Shown here: positions 36,914 to 49,552 of the stretch, piece by piece
How positions within the stretch are numbered: the stretch's first letter is position 1
How the letters are laid out: each line of letters opens with the position of its first letter
NCBI GenBank assembly: GCA_043228905.1
Contig: JBHGNT010000004.1
Location: 6,386,001-6,450,000 of the forward strand
Origin: Azolla caroliniana
Lineage: Eukaryota > Plantae > Polypodiophyta
Reading direction: 5' to 3'
DNA length: 64,000 nucleotides
Position numbers and translations under genes: made by a program
The notes under the pieces: generated by a model
What the model saw: the letters and a program-made list of their open reading frames with translations, nothing else
Databases searched by the model: none
Told to the model about the DNA's origin: nothing

Positions 36914-39900
36914 CAAGAAAGAAGAGTGTGTGGATTGCAAGGAGAAGCAACATGTGTCACACCTAGTGGCGCATGTAAACTAGTACTACCCGACAAGAAG
37001 CACAAGCACCGGATACAAGAATTCGAGAAGATGCTGAAAGAAGAGAACATAATAGAAGAAGGGGAGTTCGTGACTCATATTATGGAAGAAGCTTCATTTA
37101 ACGACACCATCGGTGAAATCGAGGACGTCGTGGACTTGAGCTATCTTCACAACCAATGCGTGATTTCAGTTAACTCCGTCAACATGTACGCTATCATCGA
37201 TGAATACCGTCGTGGCATCTCGATGAAGGAAGCTGACATCAACATGAAATATAAAACGGTGGATAAGAAGATCAAGCCAGTTGCGGTTCCGCTACCGGAA
37301 GATAGCTGGCAAAAGATGAAGGAAGTCGCTAACGATCCAAGCTTAAGAGATCCGAAGAAGATAGGTCATGTCTTCACCAAAGAGACGAAGGGGAAGCTAC
37401 GAGTTGGAAAGGAGAATTTCCTTCTCCCTGAAGAGGACCAAATGTTTCGCGATATGCTTGAGAGACATGGGAAGGCTTTCGCATTCTTCCCATGAGAAAT
37501 CGGATGCGCCGACCCAAAGGTTATAGAGCCGATGGTGATCTTCACGGTGCCTCATGTGCCTTGGAACTTGAAACCGATACCGGTTCCGAGAGCACACCTT
37601 CCGAAGCTGATCGAGCTCTTAAAGGAGAAGGTGAGTATGGGAATTCTAGAACCGTCGAATGCTCCTTATTCCAATAGGTGGTTCACGGTGCCGAAGAAGA
37701 ATGGATCATTGCGATTCATCCAAGATCTTCAACCCGTCAACAAGGTGACAATTCGAAATGCCGGAATCGGTCCGAGCGTGGACGAATTTGCCGAAGCGTT
37801 TGCGGGCCGGTCCATCTACTCCATTGGCGATCTCTACTCCGGATATGACCAATTCCAATTGGCGATCGACAGTCGGGACATTATAACCATGAGGACTCCG
37901 ATCAGGCTTGTGTGGATGTGTACCTTACCCCAAGGCGCAACGAACTCGGTGACTCATATGGTGAATGCCATGAATAAAGTCTTGAAGGATTGCATTCCGG
38001 ACATCACGATGCCATTCTTGGATGATATTCCGATAAAAGGATGTTCGGATGAGGAGAAAGATGAATCGAAAGATAAGGAAGTTTGTAGAAAGTTCGTTGC
38101 CGATCATATGAAAGATTGCAAGAAGGTGCTTCAAAGGCTCGAAGATGCGAATTTGACATTTTCGGGAGAAAAATCCGCATTCGGGCAACCGGAGATCTTG
38201 GTGGTAGGTCACTTGTGAGGAGCATACGGCCGGAAGCCCTCGCCATCCAAAGTGAACGCAATCCAAGACATGAAAGAAGAATGTGAAAACCAAACGGAGG
38301 TTCGAAGGTTCCTTGGAGCGTGCGCGTTTTATCATATATGGATTCCTCACTACGCTCATGTCGCCGAACCGTTATATGGACTACTAAAGAAAAGAATAAA
38401 GTTCGAATGGCGAGACGAGCACACAGAGGCGATGCGAAGATTAAAGAAACTGCTTCTTGAAGCTCCGGCACTAAGGAAGGCCAACTATGCCGAAGGGAAA
38501 CCAATTTACGTGACCGTAGATACGAGCCCAACCGGAATCGGGTGGGTCATCAAGAAGGTGAAGATAATGCGCGATATGCCGTCCGGTTCGGAGCCAAGGT
38601 TCTCAGCTAAACTATGCCGGAATCAAGAAGGTGAAGATAATGCGCGATATGCCGTCCGGTTCGGAGCCAAGGTTCTCAGCGAACGGCAACAAAGATATGC
38701 CCAAGTCAAGCGGGAACTTTGGGGTATTGTGTCGGCAGTGAAGACGGACAAAGATTACCTGATCGGGTCAGAAGTGATAATAGAGACAGATTGTCTCCCA
38801 ATTCTCAGAATGGTCTCGGGATGTGCGACCCCAGATCTTGCTATGCTAAGGTGGATCGCCTACATCAAGTCTTTAAACCCAGAGATCCGTCACATCGCAG
38901 GGAAGAAGAACGCCATGGCTGACATGCTGTCGAGGGCAAGATTTTCAAATGGAAGTAACATGGTTTCGGAAGATGAAGATGTCGCCCTCAACTTCTTCAA
39001 GATGGCTCGATTGTCGGCGGAAGACCAGGACACGCAAACCCTCCACGCCTTCAACGAGAACGAGTACGAAGGAGAATGGTTACTCATCGGTAGATTCCTA
39101 AGAACATTGACGACAGATGCTTCGTTGACAAAGGAGGAGGCCCTACGAATCCGAAAGAAAGCTTACTGATACTTCTTGAAGGGAGGATTCCTTTGGTGAC
39201 ATCCAAAAAGAAGGACAGGAATACCACGTCGAGTGGTGGTAAAGAAAGAAGAGCAAGAGACGCTGATGACCGAATTCCACAAGAGTGCTTGGGCAGGTCA
39301 TAGAGGAACATGGGCGACGTTCGAAAAATTGAAGGAGAAGTACTGGTGGCCAAGCATGTACAAAGATGTACTCCATTTCGTGTCCACATGTGAAACTTGC
39401 CAAATATATTCAAATATACGTCATCGTGATGAGTTAAAGCCGACATACCCATTCACCATTCACTTCAAATGGATGGTGGATCTGGTCTCGATGCCAATGG
39501 GAGTGGGACAAATGAAGTACTTAGCGCTCGCAAGGGAAGACTTGACAAATCAAGTGGAAGGACGAGCCTTGACAAATAAGACGACTTCAGCCGTTTGTAA
39601 ATTTTTACTTGAAGATGTTGTTTGCCGATATGGATGTGTAGGGAAGATAGTGGCCGACCGAGGGGAGTTGGACGCGCACGAAGCGACGGAGCTCTTCGAA
39701 AGACTAGGCGTGAAGCTCTCCCTCACGACTGCCTACAATCCGGAAGCAAATGGGAAGATCGAGCGAGGGCATGGACCTATCGTTAAAGCCATCGTACGGG
39801 CATGCAACGGTCGAGTCGGGAATTGGCCACGACTATTACCCTATGCCTTGTGGGCCGATAGAACGACACATAGCTCGGTGACAGGGTATATGCCGACAGA

Positions 39901-40414
39901 GCTTATGTATGGACAAAAGCCAATTATGCCCATCGAAAGGACGATCGCCTCATGGGTAGCGATACCGTGGGAGAACGAGATGAGCCAAGAAGAGTTATTA
40001 GCAGCGCAGATAAGGCAACTTGAAAGAAGACCTGAAGATTTAGAAAAAGCGCGAAAGATGATGAAGGCAGCCCGAGTAAAGAACAAAGTTCGGTTCGACA
40101 ACACGCATTGACTTCGTCCCAAGAAGATTGAAGAAGGGGATTGGGTTTTGGTTTACGACAGCACCCTTGACAATCAACACAGTACAACAAGGAAGTTCAC
40201 AAGAAGATGGTTCGGGCCGTATGTGGTGACAAGTGCCAACGATAATGCCACATACCACCTTGCGGAACTAGACAGATCAAGGTTGGCCGTACCCATTGCG
40301 GGAAAAAGAGTAAAAATTTTCAAGAAAAGACAAGACAAGGATCCTGACCTCGACTACCTCGACGATGAATATAATAGGCCGGATGAAAATGAAGACATGG
40401 AGGAATCTAATTGA
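36851..40414 (+). pseudogene. Gypsy-B ORF2 (pol: RT, RNase H, integrase), several in-frame stops
   Basis: Same-frame ORFs 36926-37495, 37532-38218 (LPQGATNS, PFLDD), 38252-39169, 39233-40111 and 40148-40414. Confidence 0.9.
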
Positions 40415-43012
40415 TCATCATAGCCGAAATCTCACTTCTTCTCTTCTTGGCACGTACTGGAGGACGTGCGGTTTGGTGGGGGTGGATGTCGTGAAGATTT
40501 TCGGCAATAGTGTGAAAATCCTATAAAACGTACGAAATCGAGTATGAATCACGTAGTACAATAATTGTGAAGATAACATTTTAAATAGATTTAATATCTA
40601 AGTACAAAATGATGGAGGTTTCGAATGCACTTTATTACACGAGAAACGGACAACTAAATGTCAAGATATGAGGGTATAAAGTTTGTAAAAGGAAAGGAGA
40701 AAATTGTGAGATATCCCACATAGGCACGACAAATACAGCTCTCATCATATATAAGGTGGAGCAAAAGATATTATCTTTGTGTCTATATGTGGAGCATAGA
40801 GAGTTCAAGGTAACTTGAACTAAGAGTGGAGGTGGGCTAGCTACTCGTAAAGGGTTTTGGCCAACCAAAACCGGACCGGCGATGGAGCCGGTGATCCGGC
40901 GGCAATCCGGCGACGGTGATCCGACGGCACCGGTTACCGACGGCAATCCGGCGACGCACTGGTATCCGGCAACGGCATCGGTAACCGACGACATCCGGCG
41001 ACAGTATCCGGCGAACCGGCGTCCGGCGACTAGATAAATAAATATATAAATATATATACATATTTACATATACAAGGAGGGCAAGTAAGGATTCAAACCT
41101 TGCACCTCCAAGTTAGGAGTCAATTGGCTTACCATTAAGCCATGCTATTTAGTTGAAATTATATTTCTATCATTGTACTTTTACATGTAAATTCTCATAC
41201 ATGAGAACTAAAATGAGTGACATGGTTATCATGCACCACATGTAATACATAAGCGCCAAATGGTAAACATGCAATTTATGCATGTCTTGTACCCTCACAT
41301 GCATCATATGCATGAGAGCATCTATAAAAGAGGGAAGGGGGAGGAGAAAAAACACGGTTTTTTTTTATGAAAATTAAGAGGAAGAAATTCGTTATCAAAT
41401 TGATCGTGTAACTTGTTTCTTAAATCTAAAGTTAAAAGTTCAATCAATCTCTCTCAATCGTGTAATCTCAACTTCTCTCTTTCCCAATCTATCTTAAGTA
41501 CTTTCTCGCCAAAGCTTGTATCGACTATAAATCCTTCTGGTCCAGAACCCCGGCGGTTCCGCCTCACGATCCGCGCGTAGTGATGGATCTTCACGACAAC
41601 GTGTACGTGATCGAAGGAAGAAAAGCAAAACAAGGAAGGCACAAAACAACATGAACACACAAATGGGTAGCTCGCTCCCTAGCGAAAAGCTAGACCGGAG
41701 CAATTATTCATCTTGGGAGTACAAGATGACCCAATACCTCGTCGGCCAAGGGTATTAGAGCTACATCAACGGCGCACTCGAGAACAAGCCCGACAACACA
41801 AACGCCAACTACCCAACGTGGGAGCAAGGAGCGAATCGGGTAATGTATTGCTTGGCAACATGTGTCCACGACCACATGCTTAGCCACATTCGAGACACCA
41901 AGACGCCCAAAGAGGCATAGGAGAACTTAAAGAAAATGTTCGCCGCCAACACGACCGCCCAAAAGCTTCAACTCCGACTAGAGTTGAACAACATTTGGCA
42001 AAAAGACATGTTCGTGTCGGACTACACCGCCAAAATCAAGAGCATTTGCAACTCGCTTGGCTCCATCAACATAAACGTCGACGAAGACGAGATGGTTCAA
42101 GTATGCTTGGGCAGCCTCACACAACGATTTGATCCACTACGGATGGCAATCTTGGCGAGAGAAAACTCTCCTTCGTTCTTCAACCTCCAATCGATGTTAT
42201 TGGTCGACGAAAACCACGTCCAAGCCAAAAGCAAGGCACCGGAAGGACAAATGTTCTTCTCGAATTCGAACGGTGGTCGAGGAAGAGGTCATGGCGGTAG
42301 AAGAGGAAGTCATCGAGGAACCTTTGGAAGAAGGGGGAGCTTCCAAACCGAACAAGGTCGGCAAACGAGGCCCGCAACTTGCAACTATTGCGGCAAAATC
42401 GGCCACTGCGAGGAGGAATGCTGAAAAAGAAGAAGCGAGTCGGCTTCCACAAGTCGACAACACACGAATTACACCGTCAACTCCGAATACGATGATTACG
42501 ACGGACTATTCATAATGAGTCATAGACCGAACTCTATGACGGCCTACGACTCCGCAAGCACCTCCAACTCGGAAGACGTGTGGTTCGTCGACTCCGATGC
42601 CTCACATCACATGACATCTCACGAAGAGTGGTTTCGTGACTTGCGTACACCGGACCGACCCAGCTTCATAGAGACGGGAGACGACACCACACGCCCCATT
42701 CAGCACATTGGCAATGTCCCATTCGAGAAAGAAGGCAAGCAAACTTGCATCAAGAATGTCTTGCACGTGCCCACAATAACGAAGAAATCGTTGAGCAAGG
42801 CATGCAAGTCTGCTTCACCAAAGAAGGATGCTTCATCGAGAAAGATGGTCGAGTCGTAGCTAAGGGGCGAAGAGAAGGTCGAATGTTCATCTTCGATTCG
42901 AGCGAGGTGAAATTGACAATGTATGCTAAAGGTCTCAAAAACGAGACGAACATCGACTTGTGGCACAAAAGAATCGCCACATCAACCTCCAACGGCTCCA
43001 AGCTATGCAAAC

Positions 43013-45078
43013 TGTGAACGATTACTTGCGGAAGCGTTTGAAAACAGAGAAAGTAGGGAATACAAGGAGTACACGGGAGAGACAAAGACAACAGAACGTA
43101 AGAGCTATATTCAAAACGATATAATCACTCTGTTTTTTACAACTGTGCTCAGTAGCACTATTTATACAAGTCCTCATGGGACTGATAGAAATACCACATA
43201 CTTCAATGCTCACACGAGCTTCTGACACTTACTACGAGACTATAACTGCTTAGTAGTCTAAACTAATACTAGGCTTCTGGTTACCGATTGGACCCGGCTA
43301 ACCGGCTCCCCAGCTCACCAGCTCTATTGCTTGCCGGCTTACCAATCCGTCTCGCTTGCCGGCTTAGGCTTATTCAGCCGATCCGGCTCCAGTTGAGCTT
43401 GCCGCTCAACACTCCCCCTCAAGCTCAACTTGAGGTTGGATCCTAGTGTCAGTCTCTGTGGCAGTCGGTTCTTCCAACCGAATTCTCCTGGCGTCGCTTC
43501 GCCTTGCTCGCGCTCCTCGTCCGGTCCGGTTCTGTTTGTCGCGACCCTTCTGGTTCTGCGCGCCTCGACCTTCTCGGTCGGTATGTTTGCTCAATAGGCC
43601 CCTCTCAGCTCTTTCGTTGTTATGACTCCGGCGCTTGCCGATCCGTCGGTTCCTCCGCGATGGCATCGACTTCCGCTGCATCCGTGTCTGCTTAGCCTTG
43701 AATTGATCTGGTTCTTCCGAATCTGTCTTTTGAACCGAATCGACAGTCTCCGATTCGTTCCAGCTCTTGTCCAAATCGGTTGCTCCCAATTCGTCTTCTG
43801 GTTCCAAGCCCTTCACCACATCGGACCATGTTCGGGTCTTGGCCTTCTTCCTTCTGTCGGCTCTGCCCTTCTCGACTCTGTCGCCTTCTAATCTTCCCTC
43901 ACCGGCACAATCGGCAGTCTCTTTGCCTTTCCCCGTTCCGGTGTCTTTGCCCGTTCTCCCCCTTAAATTTGGCACGTCGAGATGCTGAACACCAAGTATT
44001 TCGGTGAAGTGCTACAACTTGTCTGATCCGAGCGGCTTGGTGAAGATGTCGGCTACTTGCCGATCCGTGTGAACATACCGTAGTTCAAATTCACCGCTCA
44101 GGACCCGCTCACGCACAAAGTGATAATGCACTTCTATGTGCTTTGTGCGAGCATGGAACACAGGGTTCTTGGTGAGCTGCATGCTGCTTATGTTGTTGCA
44201 GTAGACCAGAATCGGGGTCGGTACCTTGATCCGTAAGTCTTGCAACAGTCGCCGAAGCCAGATGGCTTCACAGGTGGCAATGGTAGCGCCCCGATACTCA
44301 GCCTCAGTGCTCGACAGAGCAACTATTGGCTGCTTTTTGTTGCTCCACGCAACAGCCACACTACCTAGGGAAAACATGTAACCAGAGGTTGATCGGAAAT
44401 CTGATGCATCGTCGGCCCAGTCGGCATCCGTGTAACCGACGAGCTCTTCGGTTATACCTCGTCGGTATAACAGTCCCTGGTCCTTCGTGTCACTTACATA
44501 TCGCAGTATCCGTTGCGCGCATTGAAGGTGCTCCACGGTCGGCTTCTGCATGAACTGACTTATCATTCCGACCAGATAGCTGATGTCAAGGCGTGTGATA
44601 GTCAAGTAAATAAGGCTTCCGACAATTTGTCAGAACCATTTCTCGTTGCAAGCCGGTCCGGAGTTGGGACGGAGCTTCTGGTTCCGGTCCAAGGGTGTGG
44701 AGACAGGTCGGCATTCTATCATGCCGAACTTGTACAACATATTCAAGATGTAATGTCATTGTGAGAGTAATATGCCGTCAGGGGTTCGAATCACCTCGAT
44801 CCCAAGAAAATAATGAAGGTCCCCCAGGTCCTTCATCTCAAATGCGTCCGACAACAGGGACTTGACGCGGTTGATTTCTAGAACATCTGGTTCGGTGATG
44901 AGTAGATCATCAACATACAACAGTATACATACCAGGCCGGCTGAGCCTTGCCAGATAAACAACGAAGAGTCCGATTTGGAGGCCACAAACCCCATCTTAC
45001 GCAACCGGCGTGTGATCTTCGCATTCCAAGCTCGAGGGGCTTGCTTCAGGCCGTACAACGACTTCTTCAGCCGGCATA
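43013..45078 (-). mobile_element. Ty1/Copia family B copy 2, 3' part (LTR 43013-43411, RNase H, partial RT)
   Basis: Collinear with 20285-22352. ORFs 44012-44605 and 44756-45169. Confidence 0.92.
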
Positions 45079-45079
45079 T

Positions 45080-47005
45080 CAAGAACCGGAGAGCTTTGCC
45101 AAAGCAGCTAAAGATCCGCGTTGGGTCGAAGCGATGAACAAGAATGAAACATGGCATCTCATCCCTCACTCACCGTACGAGAAGACAATCGGCTGTAGAT
45201 GGATATACAAAGTGAAGTATAATGCCGATGGTTCCGTCAACCGCTACAAAGTTCGACTTGTAGCAAAGGGCTACGCATAAACACAGGACGTCGACTATAA
45301 AGAGACCTTTGCCCCGGTGGCAAAGATGACAACCATGTGAACTGTGATAGCGCTTGCAACAGTGAAAGGGTGGCACCTCCACCAGATGGATGTCAAGAAC
45401 GCTTTTCTTCGAGGCGAATTAGAAGAGGAGGAGTACATGGTACAACCACTCGACTTCGAATCCAGCATTCATCCGAAAGACGTATGCCAACTCAAGAAGC
45501 CTCTCTACGGCCTTAAGCAAGCACCATGTGCTTGGCACTCGAAGATAACACAATATCTTCATCGAATCGGTTTCCGAATGTCAAAATCTGACAATTCTCT
45601 GTATGTAAGAAGCGATTCTGAAAGTCCAATCGTCATCATCCTACGCGTGGATGATCTAGTCATTGGAGGTGAGCATCTAGTTGACAGCAACAAGGTCAAA
45701 TCCCTCCTTTCCAACAAATTCGAGATGACGGACATGAAAGAGCTCCACTACTTCCTTGGCATCGAGGTAATTCGGACTCCAGCCGGGATTATGATCTCCC
45801 AACGACACTACATTCTCAACTTGTTGTACAAGTTAAAGATGACTGATTGCAAGTCTGTGGCAACACCTCTCAACCGAAACCTCAAACTAGATGCCAATTC
45901 TGGCACCACTGAGTGTGAGCCGACTCAGTATCGACAACTGATCTGTAGTCTTATCTACCTCACGATCACTTGACTAGACTTGAGCTATCCGGTCGGCCTT
46001 CTTAGCCAATTCATGCAAACGCCATGAGATATCCATTTTGATTGTGCTAAAGGAGTGCTACGATACGTGCGCGGAACGATGGACTATGGCATTCTCTATA
46101 AGTCGGCCACGCCAATTCAACTCAAGGGGTACACAGATGCCGACTGGGCAGACTACAAAGCCGACCAATGATCAACCTCTGGTTTCGTCTTCTCCCTCGG
46201 AAGTGGAGCCATCTCCTGGAGTAGCAAGAAGCAACCAACCGTCGCTCTTTCGAGCACAAAGGCCGAATACAGGGGCGCAATGGTGGCTGCATGTGAAGCC
46301 GTATGGCTTAAGAGGATCTTGAAGGATATGGGCGTTCCCATCAAAGATCCAATTCCCCTTTACTACGACAACATGAGCAATATTTATCTGGCTCGGAACC
46401 CGGTGTTCCACGCACGCACGAAGCATATTGAAGTGCACTATCACTTCATTCGAGAGCGCATTCAAGTTGGCGATGTCGACCTTCAACATATCACTACGAA
46501 TCTTCAAACATCCAACATCTTCACCAAAGCCCTAGGAGCCGACAAGCTTCGGCAATTCCTGTCAGACCTTGGATTGATGGTCCCTTACTTACCAAGCTTG
46601 AGGGGGAGTACAAGCGAAAACTGGATACCGTCCGAACCAGATACAAGCCGAAGTGGACATCAACCAAAGTAGCCGACCAAAGTTGAGCTTGAGGGGGCCT
46701 GTTGAGAATCAAGCTCAACCTAGTCTAGTGTGTGAACACACCCTTGAGAGTGTGCACTCAAAGGTCAAAAGTCACCACTCTTATCTACGCATTAACTATG
46801 TGTCATAGAATAATATTCTATGACACATAACTAATGAGTTTTCACATTCCCCATGACCCATGAGCTTCGGTAGTTAATGAAGAGAGAGAGTGACTATATA
46901 AAGTACTCTCCTCCTACTTTGTAATTAGGTTGATTAATCTCCTTTGAAATATACTTCTTCTTGAGTATTCTATTGTCTCTCTAATCTATCTTTTGTTTCT
47001 CTCTG

Positions 47006-47045
<40 letters not shown>

Positions 47046-47100
47046 TAACGCAAATCTCTAACCTATTCCGCTGCACAAGGATCACCATCGATTCTTTACA
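45080..47100 (+). mobile_element. Ty1/Copia family A, 3' part (RT, RNase H, 3' LTR 46700-47100)
   Basis: EPESF..AAKDPRW, HQMDVKNAFL, LYGLKQAP, KHIEVHYHF. PPT tgagggggcc. LTR homologous to 3251-3636. Confidence 0.92.
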
Positions 47101-47379
47101 ACTCCCGATTCTTTTCAAGACACGAGTTTTAAAACCAAACTGAACTAAAATTGAATCGTTTATTAATAATACAAGCCAATTTGCCAAACCAAACCATTTT
47201 ATTATTTTGGAACCGATAAGTCGTTAAACCATGACTTAATGGTTCAGTTCAGTTTGAGGTGAAACCAGGCCCATAATTAGTTAGATTTAGAGAAATCTCA
47301 GATTATATGGCAATTGGTCATTTGTTTTACGACTAATGCGTACAATGGCGTTGGACCATGTATGTCCGACCTTATATTT

Positions 47380-47990
47380 TATTAAGGCAATATGACATGT
47401 CTTGAGTAATGCTTAATGGTGGAGTTATATCAAGTATTGCCCTCACAATATTTGTTCATCAAGGATGCCGACTTTGCCCCTTGTTTCATATAGTTATTCC
47501 TCCCTTCTTGGTGATGTTACCAAAGCTTGCAACTAATGGTGATATTGTGGGTCTACATATTCCATGTGGACGATAGATGTAGTGCAAGTTCTGCCTGATG
47601 TTTTTTTCATGTTTCTACAAGTCTCACTTGAGAATCTTGAGAAGTGGATGTGCATGTGAGATTAATTTGCAAATGTGTGTGAATTGCATTTTATGTGGAG
47701 GAAACCTCACCTCATATTTTGTACCAAGAGGGATTTGTGGTTGGAAAAGGTTCTATTTCTTGACATTTGGGGTATCCATTAGGAGTGAATGATATGAAGG
47801 CCGAACTAATTGAATCCATGACTAGAATGTCGAGGGATAATTTCATGTATTGGAAATCCTAATCTTGTCCATTTCATTTATGCTTTAGATTTGTTAAATT
47901 ATATTATGGAACACATGATACTATATTTTTGGTCATTGCTACCATAGGTCAAGAAATGCATTACATTCTATTTTGCAACTTTGGATGTCT
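47380..47990 (+). pseudogene. Possible very old LINE RT relic (boundaries approximate)
   Basis: VHQGCRLCPLFHIVI near 47455 resembles RQGCPLxPxLF. FLTFGVSI near 47757 resembles YLGVPI. Confidence 0.35.
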
Positions 47991-49322
47991 CACGACACAA
48001 ATCACTTTTTCTTTGTATGGGCACCATCATCTAGTAGAGAAGATCGTGTTTCCTTACAAAAAAGTTACTCATGTCTTCTTGACTATCACTATAATCCTAA
48101 ATTGCCCCAAATGCGTTGTATATACAATTTCAATATTTTATACACTTGTATACACGATAGCCTTCAAACTAGTTTGCATCCACTAAGCGGTAAACAAAGT
48201 GTCAAATGTGCTCTAGCATACTAATGGAGTGAATATTCGTCCAACGAGTTGTCTTCTCACACTCGCTCTAACACTTGAAATAACTAAGTAATTTTGATAG
48301 TAAAATGACTAAACCTAAGCTCCCAATATTAGACAATTTCTTGATTACAAATGAAAACACAAGGAATTGATATGCCAACAACAACTAGGTAAAAACCAAT
48401 TGCTCTTACTATAAAATGAAGCTTGAATACATAATTTAGTAACTTAGGATTTGATCTTCTAGCTTAAGATGAGTGTGAAGGCTTTGTGATAGTGAGGGAT
48501 AGAGAAATAAAAGACTAAGATTCAAGTTGAAAACGAAAAGTGAAGAACATGGAAAGGAGAGGAGGGATCAAGTTCTCAATTCAATCGCTTGTTTTGGTTT
48601 GGGGGTCAAAGAGGTGGGAGATGTAGTTGAGGCGGGAACGATATGTGGACTAGCGACATGCAGTTTTGCTCCTTTTTTGCACTGTTCAAGTTGGGAAGAT
48701 AGTACTCGTCATTACATACAAGTGTACAATTGCCATCCGAGGCGCGATTCTTTTCCTTGTCAAGAAGAGGGTTCAAGAAGGCCTATATCTGTGGGCAATT
48801 AAGCACGTCCCACTGCTCCTAAACCCACCCCCATGAGAGAGAAAGAAAGAAAGAAAGAAAGATGTATTAACGTCTTCTAAGGCCAAATTTGGCCCATGAG
48901 ACAATTGGTTTACAACAATAGAGTATTTATCCAGTCATCATAACTAAAATAAAATTAAGTAAAAAAATAGAACTTAAACTAAAAGAGTTCTAGTAGTGTA
49001 CAATATGTAGTATACTCGAAAGTGACTATACACTAAGCCTAATTTTATTTCCACCCAAGCCTCGCGAAAAGAAGTGGGGGGTCAAAGGGTATTGATGTGG
49101 GTTCCAATGTAGAGAGTGCCCTCGCCATGGCTTCTAGGCAGGGGCCGCGGGGACACCAACAAGAAGAGTTGTGGTACCACCAGAGGACACTAATAAGACT
49201 TATTGTGCGGTGCATACTACATACTACACATACTACATTTTGTACATACTAGTAACCATACCAGTGGAGCTTTGCTAGGTCTTCTCTCTCTCTCTCTCTC
49301 TCTCTCTTGTTTAGAGGAATCA

Positions 49323-49413
49323 ATGGAATTGCAGCAGGCACCACCACCATCATCCGCATCTTCGTCTGCATTAGGGATTGCATCTTCGCCATTCGTCAAC
49401 CAGATCGTGGTTT

Positions 49414-49466
<53 letters not shown>

Positions 49467-49500
49467 GTCTGTCTCTCTTTTTCCTACCCCCAATTCCTCA

Positions 49501-49552
<52 letters not shown>

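Larger units (their letters stand above)
33566..41598 (+). mobile_element. Full-length non-chromodomain Ty3/Gypsy element (Gypsy-B), same lineage as Gypsy-A
   Basis: LTRs 33566-34594 and 40487-41598 with 12-bp terminal inverted repeat TGTCGTGAAGAT. TSD acgt (33562-33565 / 41599-41602). PPT ggtgggggtgga. Confidence 0.95.
32985..43012 (+). mobile_element. Ty1/Copia family C, 5' half (LTR 32985-33445, PBS, gag-protease), interrupted in its leader by Gypsy-B
   Basis: TGTTGAGAG...TAACA followed by PBS tggtaccagagc (33446-33457). Gag from ~41651, CNYCGKIGHCEEEC, WFVDSDASHHMT, LWHKRI. Confidence 0.88.
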
